DNA of 64,000 bases, from contig NC_086099.1 of assembly GCF_963921235.1 (NCBI RefSeq), positions 57,288,001 to 57,352,000 on the forward strand, given 5' to 3'. The first letter of the stretch is position 1, and the number at the start of each line of letters is the position of its first letter. Under the pieces are notes generated by a model, which had not been told where the DNA came from, ran no database searches, and saw nothing but the letters and a program-made list of their open reading frames with translations. The stretch is from Mobula hypostoma. Its lineage: Eukaryota. The position numbers and the translations under genes are program-made. Positions 24,258 to 36,699 of this stretch are shown piece after piece.

Positions 24258-25491
24258 AGTCTATGGTCCGGCCTATGGTCAGGCCACACTTAGATCCCCT
24301 CCAGTTCGACTACCAGCCCCGACTAAGAGCTGAAGATGCCATCGTCTACCTGCTGAACCGTGTCTACGCCCACCTGGACAAGCCAGCGAGCACTGTGAGG
24401 GTCATGTTTTTTGACTTCTCCAGTGCGTTCAACACCATCCGCCCTGCTCTGCTGGGGGAGAAGCTGACAGCGATGCAGGTGGATGCTTCCCTGGTGTCAT
24501 GGATTCTTGATTACCTGACTGGCAGACCACAGTACGTGTGCTTGCAACACTGTGTGTCTGACAGAGTGATCTGCAGCACTGGGGCTCCACAGGGGACTGT
24601 CTTGTCTCCCTTTCTCTTCACCATTTACACCTCGAACTTCAACTACTGCACAGAGTCTTGTCATCTTCAGAAGTTTTCTGATGACTCTGCCATAGTTGGA
24701 TGCATCAGCAAGAGATGAGGCTGAGTACAGGGCTACGGTAGGAAACTTTGTCACATGGTGTGAGCAGAATTATCTGCAGCTTAATGTGAAAAAGACTAAG
24801 GAGCTGGTGGTAGACCTGAGAAGAGCTAAGGTACCCCTGTTTCCATCCAGGGGGTCAGTGTGGACATAGTGGAGGATTACAAATACCTGGGGATATGAAT
24901 TGACAATAAACTGGACTGGTCAAAGAACACTGAGGCTGTCTACAAGAAGGGTCAGAGCCATCTCTATTTACTGAGGAGACTGAGGTCCTTTAGCATCTGC
25001 CGGATGATGCTGAGGATGTTCTACGAGTCTGTGGTGGCCAGTGCTATCATGTTTGCTGTTGTGTGCTGGGGCAGCAGGCTGAGGTTAGCAGACACCAACA
25101 GAATCAACAATCTCATTAGTAAGGCCAGTAATGTTGTGGGGATGGAACTAGACTCTCTGACGGTGGTGTCTGAAAAGAGGATGCTGTCCAAGTTGCATGC
25201 CATCTTGGACAATGTCTCCCATCCACTACATAATGTACTGGTTGGGCTCAGGAGTACATTCAGCCAGAGACTCATTCCACCGAGATGCAACACAGAGCAT
25301 CACAGGAAGTCATTCTTGCCTGTGGCCATCAAACTTTATAACTCCTCCCTTGGAGGGTCAGACACCCTGAGCCAATAGGCTGGTCCTGGACATTTCCTGG
25401 CATAATTTACATATTACTATTTAATTATTTATGGTGCAATAGTAACGAAAACCAATTTCCCCTGGGATCAATAAAGTATGACTATGACTAT
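24258..25491 (+). mobile_element. Rex1/Babar LINE, 5'-truncated
   Basis: RT motifs LDPLQF, FFDFSSAFNTI, GAPQGTVLSP and FSDD; C-terminal ORF 25004..25378; AATAAA followed by a (tatgac)n tail. Confidence 0.9.
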
Positions 25492-26407
25492 ATATCTGCA
25501 TTTATATTACTGTATTGGGTAGTTACTAATAAATACCATTAGTTAATAGCAATACCAGACTCCAAAGTGTTTTCTGTTTCTGCTGGTTCTTTAACCTGTC
25601 ATGGGGTATGTGACGCCAATCCAAATGGATCCATCTGGCTGTACATGGTCTATATCCCTTCATTCTCTGTCTCTTCATATGCCTGTCTAAGATGTCTTTT
25701 AAACATTGCTGTTGTAGAGGAAAGGGTTGTCCATTTAAGTGAGCCTGGATAATCTGGGTCTTTCAAATTTTGAAGGAAGTAGGGTGGCTTTATGCAAACA
25801 CGTAAGATTCTAAAAGGGTTTCACAGATTACACATTGGCATGTTTTCACTCATAGGAAAGTCATAAATAAGAAGATGGAGTTACAAAATGTGAGATTGAT
25901 GATTTAAAACTGAAGTACCATAAAAATTTCTTCTTTCAAAAGACATTGAATCGCTGAAATTCTCTGCCCCGGAGAGGTATGGAGGTCAGATCATTTTATG
26001 TACTTAAAGTGGAGATGATAATTACAGTGGTTTCCAATTAATTGGGGCACATTAGGACCAGTACATTTTGGCCCAATTAATCAGTTGCTGCAATTAGCTG
26101 AAGTTTCATGGAAATAGTTAAAAAGGTATAAAAAAGATAAATAACTGTTTAACTGACTAAGAAAATGTAAGTGAAATACAGAGCAAATTAGAACACTATC
26201 AATACTGCTGCAGTATTATAAAACTGAGTATTAGTTCCTATTAGTTATCGATGGAAGAATTCATCCAATGTACACTGCCCTGTTCTTTTGATTGACTGTA
26301 GATAAACAAAATTAATGCAGACACCTAATGTAGATATGTTACTGCCTTCATACAAACCTTTCAATGATTGCATCCTTCAAATCTTCAATTTCATTGTAAC
26401 ATTCAAG

Positions 26408-28180
26408 ATAGAAACATAGAAACATAGAAAATAGGTGCAGGAGTAGGCTATTCGGCCCTTCGAGCCTGCACTGCTATTCAGTATGATCATGGCTGATCAT
26501 CCAACTCAGAACCCTATACCTGCTTTCTCTCCATATCCCCTGATCCCTTTAGCCACAAGGGCCATATCTAACTCCCTCTTAAATATAGCCAATGAACTGG
26601 CCTCAACTGTTTCCTGTGGCAGAGAATGCCACAGATTCACCACTCTCTGTGTGAAGAAGGTTTTCCTCATCTCGGTCCTAAAAGGCTTCCCCTGTTTCCT
26701 TAAACTGTGATCCCTCATACTGGACATCCCCAACATCAGGAACAATCTTCCTTCATCTAGCTTGTCCAATCCCTTTAGAATTTTATACGTTTCAATAACA
26801 TCCCCCCTCAATCTTATAAATTCCAGTGAGTATAAGCCTAGTCGATCCAGTCTTTCATCATATGAAAGTACTGCCATCACAGGAATCGATCTGGTGAACC
26901 TTCTTTGTACTCCCTCTATGGCAAAAATGTCTTTCCTCAGATTAGGGGACCAAAACTGAACAGAATACTCCAGGCATGGTCTCACCAAGGCCTTGTACAA
27001 CTGCAGTAGTACCTCCCTGCTCCTGTAGTCGAATCCTCTTGCTATGAATGCCAGCATACCATTCGCCTTTTTCTCCGTCTGCTGTACCTGCATGCCCACT
27101 TTCAATAACTGGTGTGTAATGACACACAGGTCTCGTTGCACCTCCCCTTTTCCTAATCGACCACCATTCAGATAATAATCTGTTTTCCTGTTCTTGCCAC
27201 CAAAGTGGATAACCTCAGATTTATCCACATTAAATTGCATCTGCCATGAATTTGCCCACTCACCTAACCTATCCTAGTCACGCTGCATCCTCTTCGCATC
27301 CTCCTCATGGCTAACACTGCCGCCCAGCTTCGTGTCATCCGCAAACTTGGAGATGCTGCATTTAATTCCCTCATCTATGTCATTAATATATATTGTAAAC
27401 AACTGGGGTCCCAGCACTGAGCCTTGCGGTACCCTACTAGTCACTGCCTGCCATTCTGAAAAGGTCCCGTTTATTCCCACTCTTTGCTTCCTGTCTGCCA
27501 ACCAATGTTCTATCCACATCAATACCTTACCCCCAATACCGTGTGCTTTAAGTTTGCTCACTAATCTCCTGTATGGGACCTTTTCAAAAGCCCTTTGAAA
27601 ATCCAAATATACCACATCCACTGGTTCTCCCCTATCCACTCTACGAGTTACATCCTCAAAAAATTCTATGAAATTCGTCAGACATGATTTTCCTTTCACA
27701 AATCCATGCTCACTTTGTCCGATGATTTCACCGCTTTCCAAATGTGCTGTTATCACATCTTTGATAACTGACTCCAGCATTTTCCCCACCACCGATGTCA
27801 GGCTAACCGGTCTATAATTCCCCAGTTTCTCTCTCCCTCCTTTTTTTAAAAAGCGGGGTTACATTAGCCACCCTCCAATCCTCAGGAACTAATCCAGAAT
27901 CTAAAGAGTTTTGAAAAACTATCACTAATGCATCCACTATTTCTTGGGCTACCTCCTTAAGCACTCTGGGATGCAGATCATCTGGCCCTGGGGATTTATC
28001 TGCCTTCAATCCCTTCAATTTACCTAACACCACTTCCCTACTAACATGTATTTCGCTCAGTTCCTCAATCTCACTAGACCCTTGGTCCCCTACTATTTCC
28101 GGAAGATTATTTATGTCCTCCTTAGTGAAGACAGAACCAAAGTAGTTATTTAATTGGTCTGCCATGTCCTTGTTCCCCAT
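26408..28180 (-). mobile_element. CR1 LINE, 5'-truncated, same family as 12263-15380
   Basis: ORFs 26506..27240, 27274..27792 and part of 27812..28387 are near-identical to the 12361 ORF; (ATAGAAAC)n tail. Confidence 0.95.
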
Positions 28181-28425
28181 GATTATCGATACCTTTAAAT
28201 TCTTTGTAGTCCCTAATTTGCTGAAGTAGTAAAATAGCTTCATTTTCACTCCTGACCATTTCAGGCATCTCCAAGCCTGAATGCTGAAACCGCAGTGAGC
28301 AAAACAGTTCTGTATTGTCTTACTGCTTATTTCTCGCCAACTATCAGTGACAAAAGCGGCTGTTTTTTTGAACACAAACACACACAATTGATGCTATTTA
28401 AAATCTGGTCGCTCTAAGCACGGTG

Positions 28426-30949
28426 TTCAATCGCTCACTGCTACGGGTGGAAGTTCCCACTTGCTTCAAAAAGGCAACAATTATAACAGTGCCTAAGAAT
28501 AATATGAGCTGCCTTAATGACTATCGCCCAGTAGCACTCACATCTACAGTGATGAAATGCATTGAGAGGTTGGTCATGACTAAAATGAGCTCCTGCCTCA
28601 GTAAGGACCTGAACCCATTGCAATTTGCCTATCGCCACAATAGGTCAACAGCAGACACTAACTCAATGGCTCTTCACGCGGCTTTAGACCACCTGGGCAA
28701 CACAAACACCTATGTCAGGATGCTGTTCATCGACTATAGCTCAGCATTTAACGCCATCATTCCCACAATCCTGATTGAGAAGTTACAGAACCTGGGCCTC
28801 TGTACCTCCCTCTGCAATTGGACCCTTGACTTCATAACTGGAAGACCACAATCTGTGCAGATTAGTGATAATATCTCCTCGTTGATGATCAACACTGGTG
28901 CACCTCAGGAGTGTGTGATTAGCCCATTACTCTACCTTCTCTATACTCATGAATGTGTGTCTAGGCATAACTCAAATACCATCTATAAATTTGCTGATGA
29001 CACAACCATTGTTGGTAGAATCTCAGATGGTGATGAGAGGGTGTACAGGAATGAGATATGCAACTAGTGGAGTAGTGTTGCAGCAATAACCTGGCACTCA
29101 ACGTCAGTAAGACGAAAGAGCTGATTGTGGACTTTAGAAAGGGTAAGATGAAGGAACACATACCAATCCTCATAGGGGGATCAGAAGTGGAGAGAGTGAA
29201 GAGTTTCAAGTTCTTGGGTGTCAAGATCTCTGAGGACCTAACCTGGTCCCGACATATCGATGCAGTCATAAAGAAGTCAAGACAGTAACCATACTTCATT
29301 AGGAGTTTGAAGAGATTGGTATGTCAACAAATACTCTCAAAAACTTCCATAGATGTACAGTGGACAGTATTCTGACAGGCTGCATCACTGTCTGGTATGG
29401 TGGGGGGGTGCTACTGCACAGGACTGGAAGAAGCTGCACAGGGTTGTAAATTTAGTCAGCTACAAAGTACCCAGGACATCTTCAAGGAGCAGTTTCTCAG
29501 AAAGGACATTATTAAGGACCTCCAGCACCCAGGGCATGCCATTTCCTCACTGTTACCATCAGGTAGGAGATACAGTAGCCTGAAGGTACACACTCAGCAA
29601 TTCAGGAACAGCTTCTTCCCCTCTGCCATCCGATTCCTAAATGGACATTGAACCTGTGGACACTACCTCACTTTTTTAATACATATTTTTTTCTGTTTTT
29701 TGCACAATTTTTAATCTATTCACTATGTATATATGTACTTGAATCCTCTTGCTATAAATGCCAGCATATCATTCGCCTGCCGTACCTGCATGCCCACTTT
29801 CAATGACTGGTGTATAATGACACCCAGGTCACGTTGTACCTCCCCTTTTCCTAATCGGCCACCATTCAGATAATAATCTGTTTTCCTGTTTTTACCACCA
29901 AAGTGGATAACTTCACATTTATCCACATTAAATTGCATCTGCCATGAATTTGCCCGATAGGTTAGGTGAGTGGGCAAATTCATGGCAGATGCAATTTAAT
30001 GTGGATAAATCTGAGGTTATCCACTTTGGTGGCAAAAACAGGAAAACAGATTATTATCTGAATGGTGGCCGATTAGGAAAAGGGGAGGTGCAACGAGACC
30101 TGGGTGTCATTATACACCAGTCATTGAAAGTGGGCATGCAGGTACAGCAGGCGGTGAAAAAGGCGAATGGTATGCTGGCATTTATAGCGAGAGGATTCGA
30201 GTACAGGAGCAGGGAGGTACTACTGCAGTTGTACAAGGCCTTGGTGAGACCACACCTGGAGTATTGTGTGCAGTTTTGGTCCCCTAATCTGAGGAAAGAC
30301 ATCCTTGCCATAGAGGGAGTAGAAAGAAGGTTCACCAGATTGATTCCTGGGATGGCAGGACTTTCATATGATGAAAGACTGGATGAACTAGGTTTATACT
30401 CATTGGAATTTAGAAGATTGAGGGGGGATCTGATTGAAACGTATAAAATCCTAAAGGGATTGGACAGGCTAGATGCAGGAAGATTGTTCCCGATGTTGGG
30501 GAAGTCCAGAACGAGAGGTCACAGTTTGAGGATAAAGGAGAAGCCTTTTAGGACCGAGATTAGGAAAAACTTCTTCACACGGAGAGTGGTGAATCTGTGG
30601 AATTCTCTGCCACAGGAAACAGTTGAGGCCAGTTCATTGGCTATATTTAAGAGGGAGTTAGATATGGCCCTTGTGGCTAAAGTGATCAGGGGGTATGGAG
30701 GGAAGGCTGGTGCAGGGTTTTGAGTTGGATGATCAGCCATGATCATACTGAATGGCGGTGCAGACTCGAAGGGCCGAATGGCCTACTCCTGCACCTATTT
30801 TCTATGTTTCTATGTTTTTATTATTTATTTATTATTATTTTATTTTTTTTTCTTTCTTCTATGTTATGTATTGCATTGAACTGCTGCTGCTAAGCTAACA
30901 ACTTCCATGACACATGCCGGTGATAATAAACCTGATTCTGATTCTGATT
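28426..30949 (+). mobile_element. Rex1/Babar LINE, 5'-truncated; 3' UTR interrupted by CR1
   Basis: ORF 28423..29067 ([22 protein letters not shown]); HPGH...LLPSGRR; (gattct)n tail at ~30933-30949. Confidence 0.9.
29737..30816 (+). mobile_element. CR1 3' portion with an inverted ~215-bp duplicate at its 5' end
   Basis: Plus segment 29956-30816 (ORF 29944..30723, (tatgtttc)n tail); minus segment 29737-29955 covers the same CR1 region. Confidence 0.9.
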
Positions 30950-33349
30950 GTGTCTTATGGCCACAGAAGTGCATGTGACTGTCACTAGTTAGAATCTGTT
31001 TGACAACAGTGTCCTGCCCCAATTAAGCAGCAAAGTGCTCCAAATAAATGGAAGAAATCCTGGCTAGTTTCTCAATTACTTTTTGGTCTTTAATAGTTGT
31101 CCCAAATAAACAGCTGCCCCGATCAACTTATGACCCAATTAACCGGAATCCACTGTATTTGAAAGATAAAGGAATTGAAGGTTATGGGGAATGGGCATAG
31201 AAGAGGAATTGATATCAGCATAGATTAGTCATAATCATATCAAATAGTGGGCAGATTTGAGGTTTTGGTGGTCTACTTCTGCCCCTGTTATCTGGTGTTC
31301 TCATGTTCTTTGCAATAAGTATATTGGCCATCATCATTTTTTTGATATCAATTTTTCTAAAAAATGCTTTCGTTTGTAATACTGGATTTAGCAAAACCAA
31401 TCATAGATTTTAATATGTGACAAACTATTTCAATGTCTAAAGTGTGTCATCAGAATCTTGAGTGCAAGAAGATGTGAGATAAAAACCACGTGTGCAATGT
31501 AGATAAATCTGACAGGACATTCAAAAATTAAGTGTGAAGCGATCAAGGCAGAAAATAAACTGATGTTAAAGCTTTTGGCACTGCATGAAACCAACTTATT
31601 GTTACTTGTTTCAGAGTTTTACTCATCAAGTTTCAGGGAAACTGTGAAACTCTGCCTGGAGCACTGGGAACGGATTGGTTTCAGCCAAAGTTTTTTTCTA
31701 ATTTTCTCAGTTGATTGCTCATCGGCAGAATCTATAAATGCTGCTGGCATACAATGAATTTCTCTAATGAAATGTTGTATAAATTACTGATCCATTAACT
31801 ACTGTATTATTTTCTCATTACCAACCTTACATTGCTACAATCAACACTGGAACTCACCAGAATGGCAATAAAAGAACAAATGCCCAATGTTTTGGATACT
31901 CTGCTATAACCACGATACTCCTCAATTCCTGAGGCAGAAAACAAGTTCAATTAATGAACTAATATACTTGAAGCTTGATTGGATTACCTAAGTGAAAGGT
32001 GGTAACAGCCAGAATCATAATTTTCCAAATTTAAACTGCTTCAGGCCTCAGATAGGTGAGCAGACAATACAATACATAATACAATGTGTCCACTCATAAT
32101 ATTACCAAAAGAATAGGAGCAACAATGGGTGGTTTAACTCTTAACCTGTCACTTAGAATTTTAGATCACAGCTGACTTATATAGTTCAACATTGTTTGCA
32201 TTCCTATGTTGCATATGCTATTGACATTTCATAATAAATTGGCAGCCCCTTATAATGTCCACATTCTGTACCCAAATCTTAACATTAGACTTGAGAGTAA
32301 AATTTTGCACTCTATACACTCCTACATTACTGATGTCACTTTACTTTTCCTCTTTGTGTATTCTTCACAGACATTAACTGGTTACAAAATCAGAGTGAAT
32401 AAAAGATAATCTGAGATTAGAGAAAGGTTGACAGGAAATGCAGCAGAAGTCCAATATAATAAGTCAAATACTGGTGGTGATAATAAAATTGTCAAGAATT
32501 GTCAAGGAAACAACTTTGGTCACATGTGAAAATCTGTCACTGATCCTAGGCATTTCCAAAGAAGACTAATGTGTTATTGAGATATAGATTGAACATGCTG
32601 CGGGATGCACTTATGTAATTAAGAATCTTATTTAAAATGCTTGCATGAAGAAGATTAGTCAACCCACAGAAAAAAAATCTTTTTGTAAATGGGGTAACGA
32701 ACAAGGGAATAGAATCAAATCAAAATTACAGTCAAAAGAAACACCATAAAAGAAACAAACACATTTTGTTTTATATTTTGACAAAAAGTTTAAGATAATC
32801 TTCAATTACATTGCTCTGGCTATCTATACTTATATGGTTTCAAGCAATTTAAATTAACTGAAGAAATGGTTAAATATTAGTCTATAGATACTAGGCAGTT
32901 GCAAGTTTAACAGGTTGCTCACGTAGTCTTGAGCCATGAATTTAAAGCAGGTAGGGTCAAAGATCTGTTCTGAACTATCAGTCTCAGTTTTGATGTATTC
33001 ATGCTTTCAGTGGTCTTCGAACCTCTAATAGTGGTTCCTGCAGTGACCTCTGGTGGACTGCGTGCATAATGAAGAACGAGGACACGTTCTGGTTCACCTG
33101 TTAGACCCTCAGTGTGCAATGTTAAATAACAACATTCACTGTCAGAAGTGAAAAATCTGCAGAAGGTGTTGAGAAGCTACTATCACACAAGAAAAAATAT
33201 CTCAGCTTGGGTCAAAACCTCACCTCGTGAGCTGTGAATAAATGTCCTCTTGCGATTGAAATAAAACAATATTGAATTTTAACTTCCATGTGTGGTCATT
33301 CTGAGAGTAGCAGTTTTATCATTTGATGAATTGGTTACAGGACTAAAAT

Positions 33350-33615
33350 GTGTTTATGCTGGCTGTCGGTGCAATCCTCTCTATGCCAATTCTCCCTGCA
33401 ACCTACATATGCTCACTATCAATCTGCTCCACTACTAATTATCCTACATTTGGCTCAATTTACAATTGTCAGTGCACCCAATAACCAGCATATCTTCAGA
33501 ATATTGGAGGAAACCAATGGTCACAGGCAATCTCCACACACAAAAAAAAAATCAGGGAACAAAATCAACAATGGATCACCAGAGCTGCAAGTTAGCTCCA
33601 ATACTTGATGCCCCT
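33350..33615 (-). mobile_element. V-domain SINE remnant
   Basis: Similar to 4170-4470 (caatttacaattgtcagtgcacccaataaccagcatatcttc...ggaggaaacc). Confidence 0.45.
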
Positions 33616-34139
33616 TCTGGAGTGAAAAGTTCATGCCTGTGAGGTTGATCATGAAGTTATGAGATCATTTTAAAAAACTATAAGGTTCATTACTGCCCTT
33701 CAGGGAAGGGAATGTGCGAATGTGACCTATGCATGTTTTTAGGACAGCTCATGCAGTTGAGCCTTAACTGCCCTATGAAATAACCTAGGAAGTCATTCAG
33801 TTCTGGATGCATTTAGGGACGGGAAACATGTGGTGGTCTTGGATGCAAAGTGCACATTCTACAGCTGAATAAATAAAGAAAATGGAATGGCAGTTATTTT
33901 GTGTAGAAGAAAGACCAAGAGTTTCAAGCCTGAAGATAGATGGGGCTATAGAATTGCCAGAAATGAGTTGGAATAGAAACCCATTAGAGCTGAGTCAGAA
34001 ATAATTAAGCTGCCATGTTTAGCCCTAAACTTCACATGTGATTTAGCATCGAAGACTCAACTTTTGGACTGTGTAGAAATATTTGATCTCAAATTAGTCA
34101 CTGAGTCTCTGATCTAATTGTGTGATGATAATTAAACAG

Positions 34140-34897
34140 ACCAGAGAAAAAGAGACCGACTTTGCACTCAATGTCAGTAAGACCAAGGGCTTGATTGTGG
34201 GCTTCAGGGAGAAGAAGTCAACGGAACACACACCAGTCTGTATTGAGGGGTGAACGGTAGAAGTGGTGAGCAGTTTCAAGTTCTAATGTGTCAACATCTC
34301 TGAAGGTTTATTCTGGGTCCACCATGCTTGTGCAGTTATGAAGAAGGTATGTTGGTGGTTATATTTCATTAGGACTTTGAGGAGGTTTGGTATGCCACTG
34401 AAGACTCTAACAAATTTATACATATATTCTGTGAAGAGAATTCTAACTGGTTGCATTACCATCTGGAATTGAGGGTCCTCTACACAGGATTGGAAAAAGC
34501 TGCCAAGAGTTACAAGCTCAGCCAATTCCAACATGGGCATTAGCTTTCCCAGCATCAAAGGCATCTTCAAAAGGCAATGCTTCAAAAAGGTGGGATCCCT
34601 CATTAAGGACATCAGAGAGGAGCTACAGGAGCCTGAAGACACACACTCAATAGTTTAGGACCAGCTTCTTCCGCTTTGCCATCAGATTTCTGAAAGGGCA
34701 ATGAACCAACCCATGAACACTACCTCAATATTTTTGTTTCTCTTGTTGTACTATCTATTTAATTTACTTTTAAAATAAATAAATTTCTCATTGTAATGTG
34801 TTGTATTTTTTATGTATTGCACTGTACTGCTGCCACAAAACACCAAATTTCACGACATATGTCAGTAATATTAAACCTAATTCTGATTCTGATATCA
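34140..34897 (+). mobile_element. Rex1/Babar 3' fragment (decayed)
   Basis: ttgcactcaatgtcagtaagaccaagggc homologous to 29090-29130; (attctg)n tail. Confidence 0.75.
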
Positions 34898-35439
34898 GAT
34901 GAAAGAAAAAGAAAATCACCAGAAAAAAAATCCTGATAACATTTGTCAAGTAAAGTAGCATTATATCGTTATTAATGTGGGGCATTCAAGAATTAATTCC
35001 CAAATTGATTGCAAACTCAATCCCCACAGAACTCAGTTTGAAAATTTACATCAGAGGTATCAGAAAAGATATACTTAACAGTCTTGAATCTAATGAAGTA
35101 TTTCTTAGGTGATACCAAATTACATGAAGTCAAAGTTTCACTTTGATACAGCACGATGAATTAAAATCTGTAGAACATATTCAAGCACAAAATGAATTAC
35201 CACTGACCAGTGAAAAGATTTAATTCAGAATGCTGACAAACCTGATTAAAGTTGAACTAAACCTTGTAGCAGAACATTCTGTCTTCAATCATAAGGAGAA
35301 CAATTGCCATATTATAAAACAGATGTCTTTTACCTTGTTACATGCGATTCCTAACAAGTGGTTGGGCAGGCTAAGTCTTTATTCATTTTTTCCATTTTCA
35401 AATATGATGATTGTGTTTGAATTACAGAGGGAACTGTTC

Positions 35440-36405
35440 AGTTAGGGAAGTGGGCCGAGAAATGGCAAATGGATTTCAATGTGACGTATGCATTTTGGAA
35501 AGTCAGACCAGCGTAGGTTATTACAATAAATGGTAGGGCACTAGGGTGTGTAATGAAAGAGTGCATAGTTTGTCGAAAGTTTCATCACAAGTAGAGAGGA
35601 TGGTGAAAAAGGCATTAAGCACATTTGCCTTCATCGGCCAGGGCATTGAGTATAGAGGGTGTGACATTATGTTGCAGTTGTACAAGTTGTTGATGAGGGT
35701 GCACTTGAAGTATTGTGTACAGTTTTGGTTGCCCTGTTATAGGGAAGATGTGGAAAGAATGCAGAAAAGATGCTATGACGACAAGAAGGAATGAGTCATA
35801 AGAAGTGGTTGGGCAGGCTAAGTCTTTGTTCCTAGGCTTGTAGAAGAATGAAGGGAGAACATATCAAAACGCTTACAATTTTGAGAGACATAGATATGGT
35901 GGATGTTAACGTACACAAAATGCTGGGGGAACTCAACAGGTCAAACAGCATCTACGGAGAGAAATAAACAGTTGATGTTTTGGGCTTAGACCCTTTATCA
36001 AGACGTGATCTCACTCTGAAGCATTGACTGTTTATTCATAGATGCTGCTTGACCTGGTGACTTCCTGCAGTATTCTGTATGAATTCCAGCATATGCAGAA
36101 TCCATTGTGTCTCTAAGGTAAATGGTAACAGTCTTTTCCTCATGGTAAAGAAGTCCAAAACTGTAGGGCATAAGTTCAGGGTGAGAGGGGAGAGATTTAT
36201 GAGGGACCTCAGGGACAACCTTTTCACACAGAAGGTGGGTATATGGAATAATGAAGTGGTTGAGTCAAGTACAATAGTAAAGAAGCATTTGAATGGGTAC
36301 ATGGTTAGAGGGAGATGGACAAAGTTCAGGAAATAGCTGGGTGAGCAATGGACTGGTTGGGTTAAATGACCTGTATCCATGCTGTGTTGCTCTATGACTC
36401 TGTAT
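35440..36405 (+). mobile_element. Decayed CR1 3' fragment containing a Penelope-type insertion (~35910-36113)
   Basis: HLKYCVQFWLP; GHKFRVRGERF; the insert has inverted gcatcta/tagatgc arms of the Penelope repeat. Confidence 0.75.
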
Positions 36406-36699
36406 AAAGTTTTCTTTTCATATAGAAAATGGAAGTAGGAGGCTGCATGTTGCCTTAAATTTACATTCACCAGTAAAGGGAACATTCTTAAAATGTCCAT
36501 CAGTCTTCAAGAGAAGCTATTTTACGAAAAGGTTTGCATATATACTATCAAAATATGCTCAGCAAAACACCTCACTGGAATTACTGGCCTGGAACCAGCC
36601 GTGGTTACATTGTACAACATAGGAGTTGTGAAACAAAGTTTTGAAGAAGGTGTTACAATTGCCCAAGGGTATGCTCATGCCTATTAAGAAAAGGTTATG

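Larger units (their letters stand above)
23187..25615 (+). mobile_element. Probable solo LTR, interrupted by the assembly gap and a Rex1 insertion
   Basis: Imperfect inverted ends tgttatgtacccc...ggggtatgtgacg; AATAAA near 25529; sits inside a CR1 3' remnant; TSD not resolved. Confidence 0.55.
26025..31155 (-). mobile_element. Tigger/pogo-like non-autonomous DNA transposon hosting nested LINEs
   Basis: TIRs cagtggtttccaattaattggg / cccaattaaccggaatccactg flanked by TA (26023-26024, 31156-31157); internal piece 28181-28425 encodes DSWREISSKTIQNCFAHCGF, resembling the Tigger DDE C-terminus. Confidence 0.8.

Noticed and set aside
27812-28387. 191-aa ORF fusing Tigger-like and CR1 sequence
   Set aside because: Chance in-frame junction at the CR1 5' truncation point; both parts are fragments.
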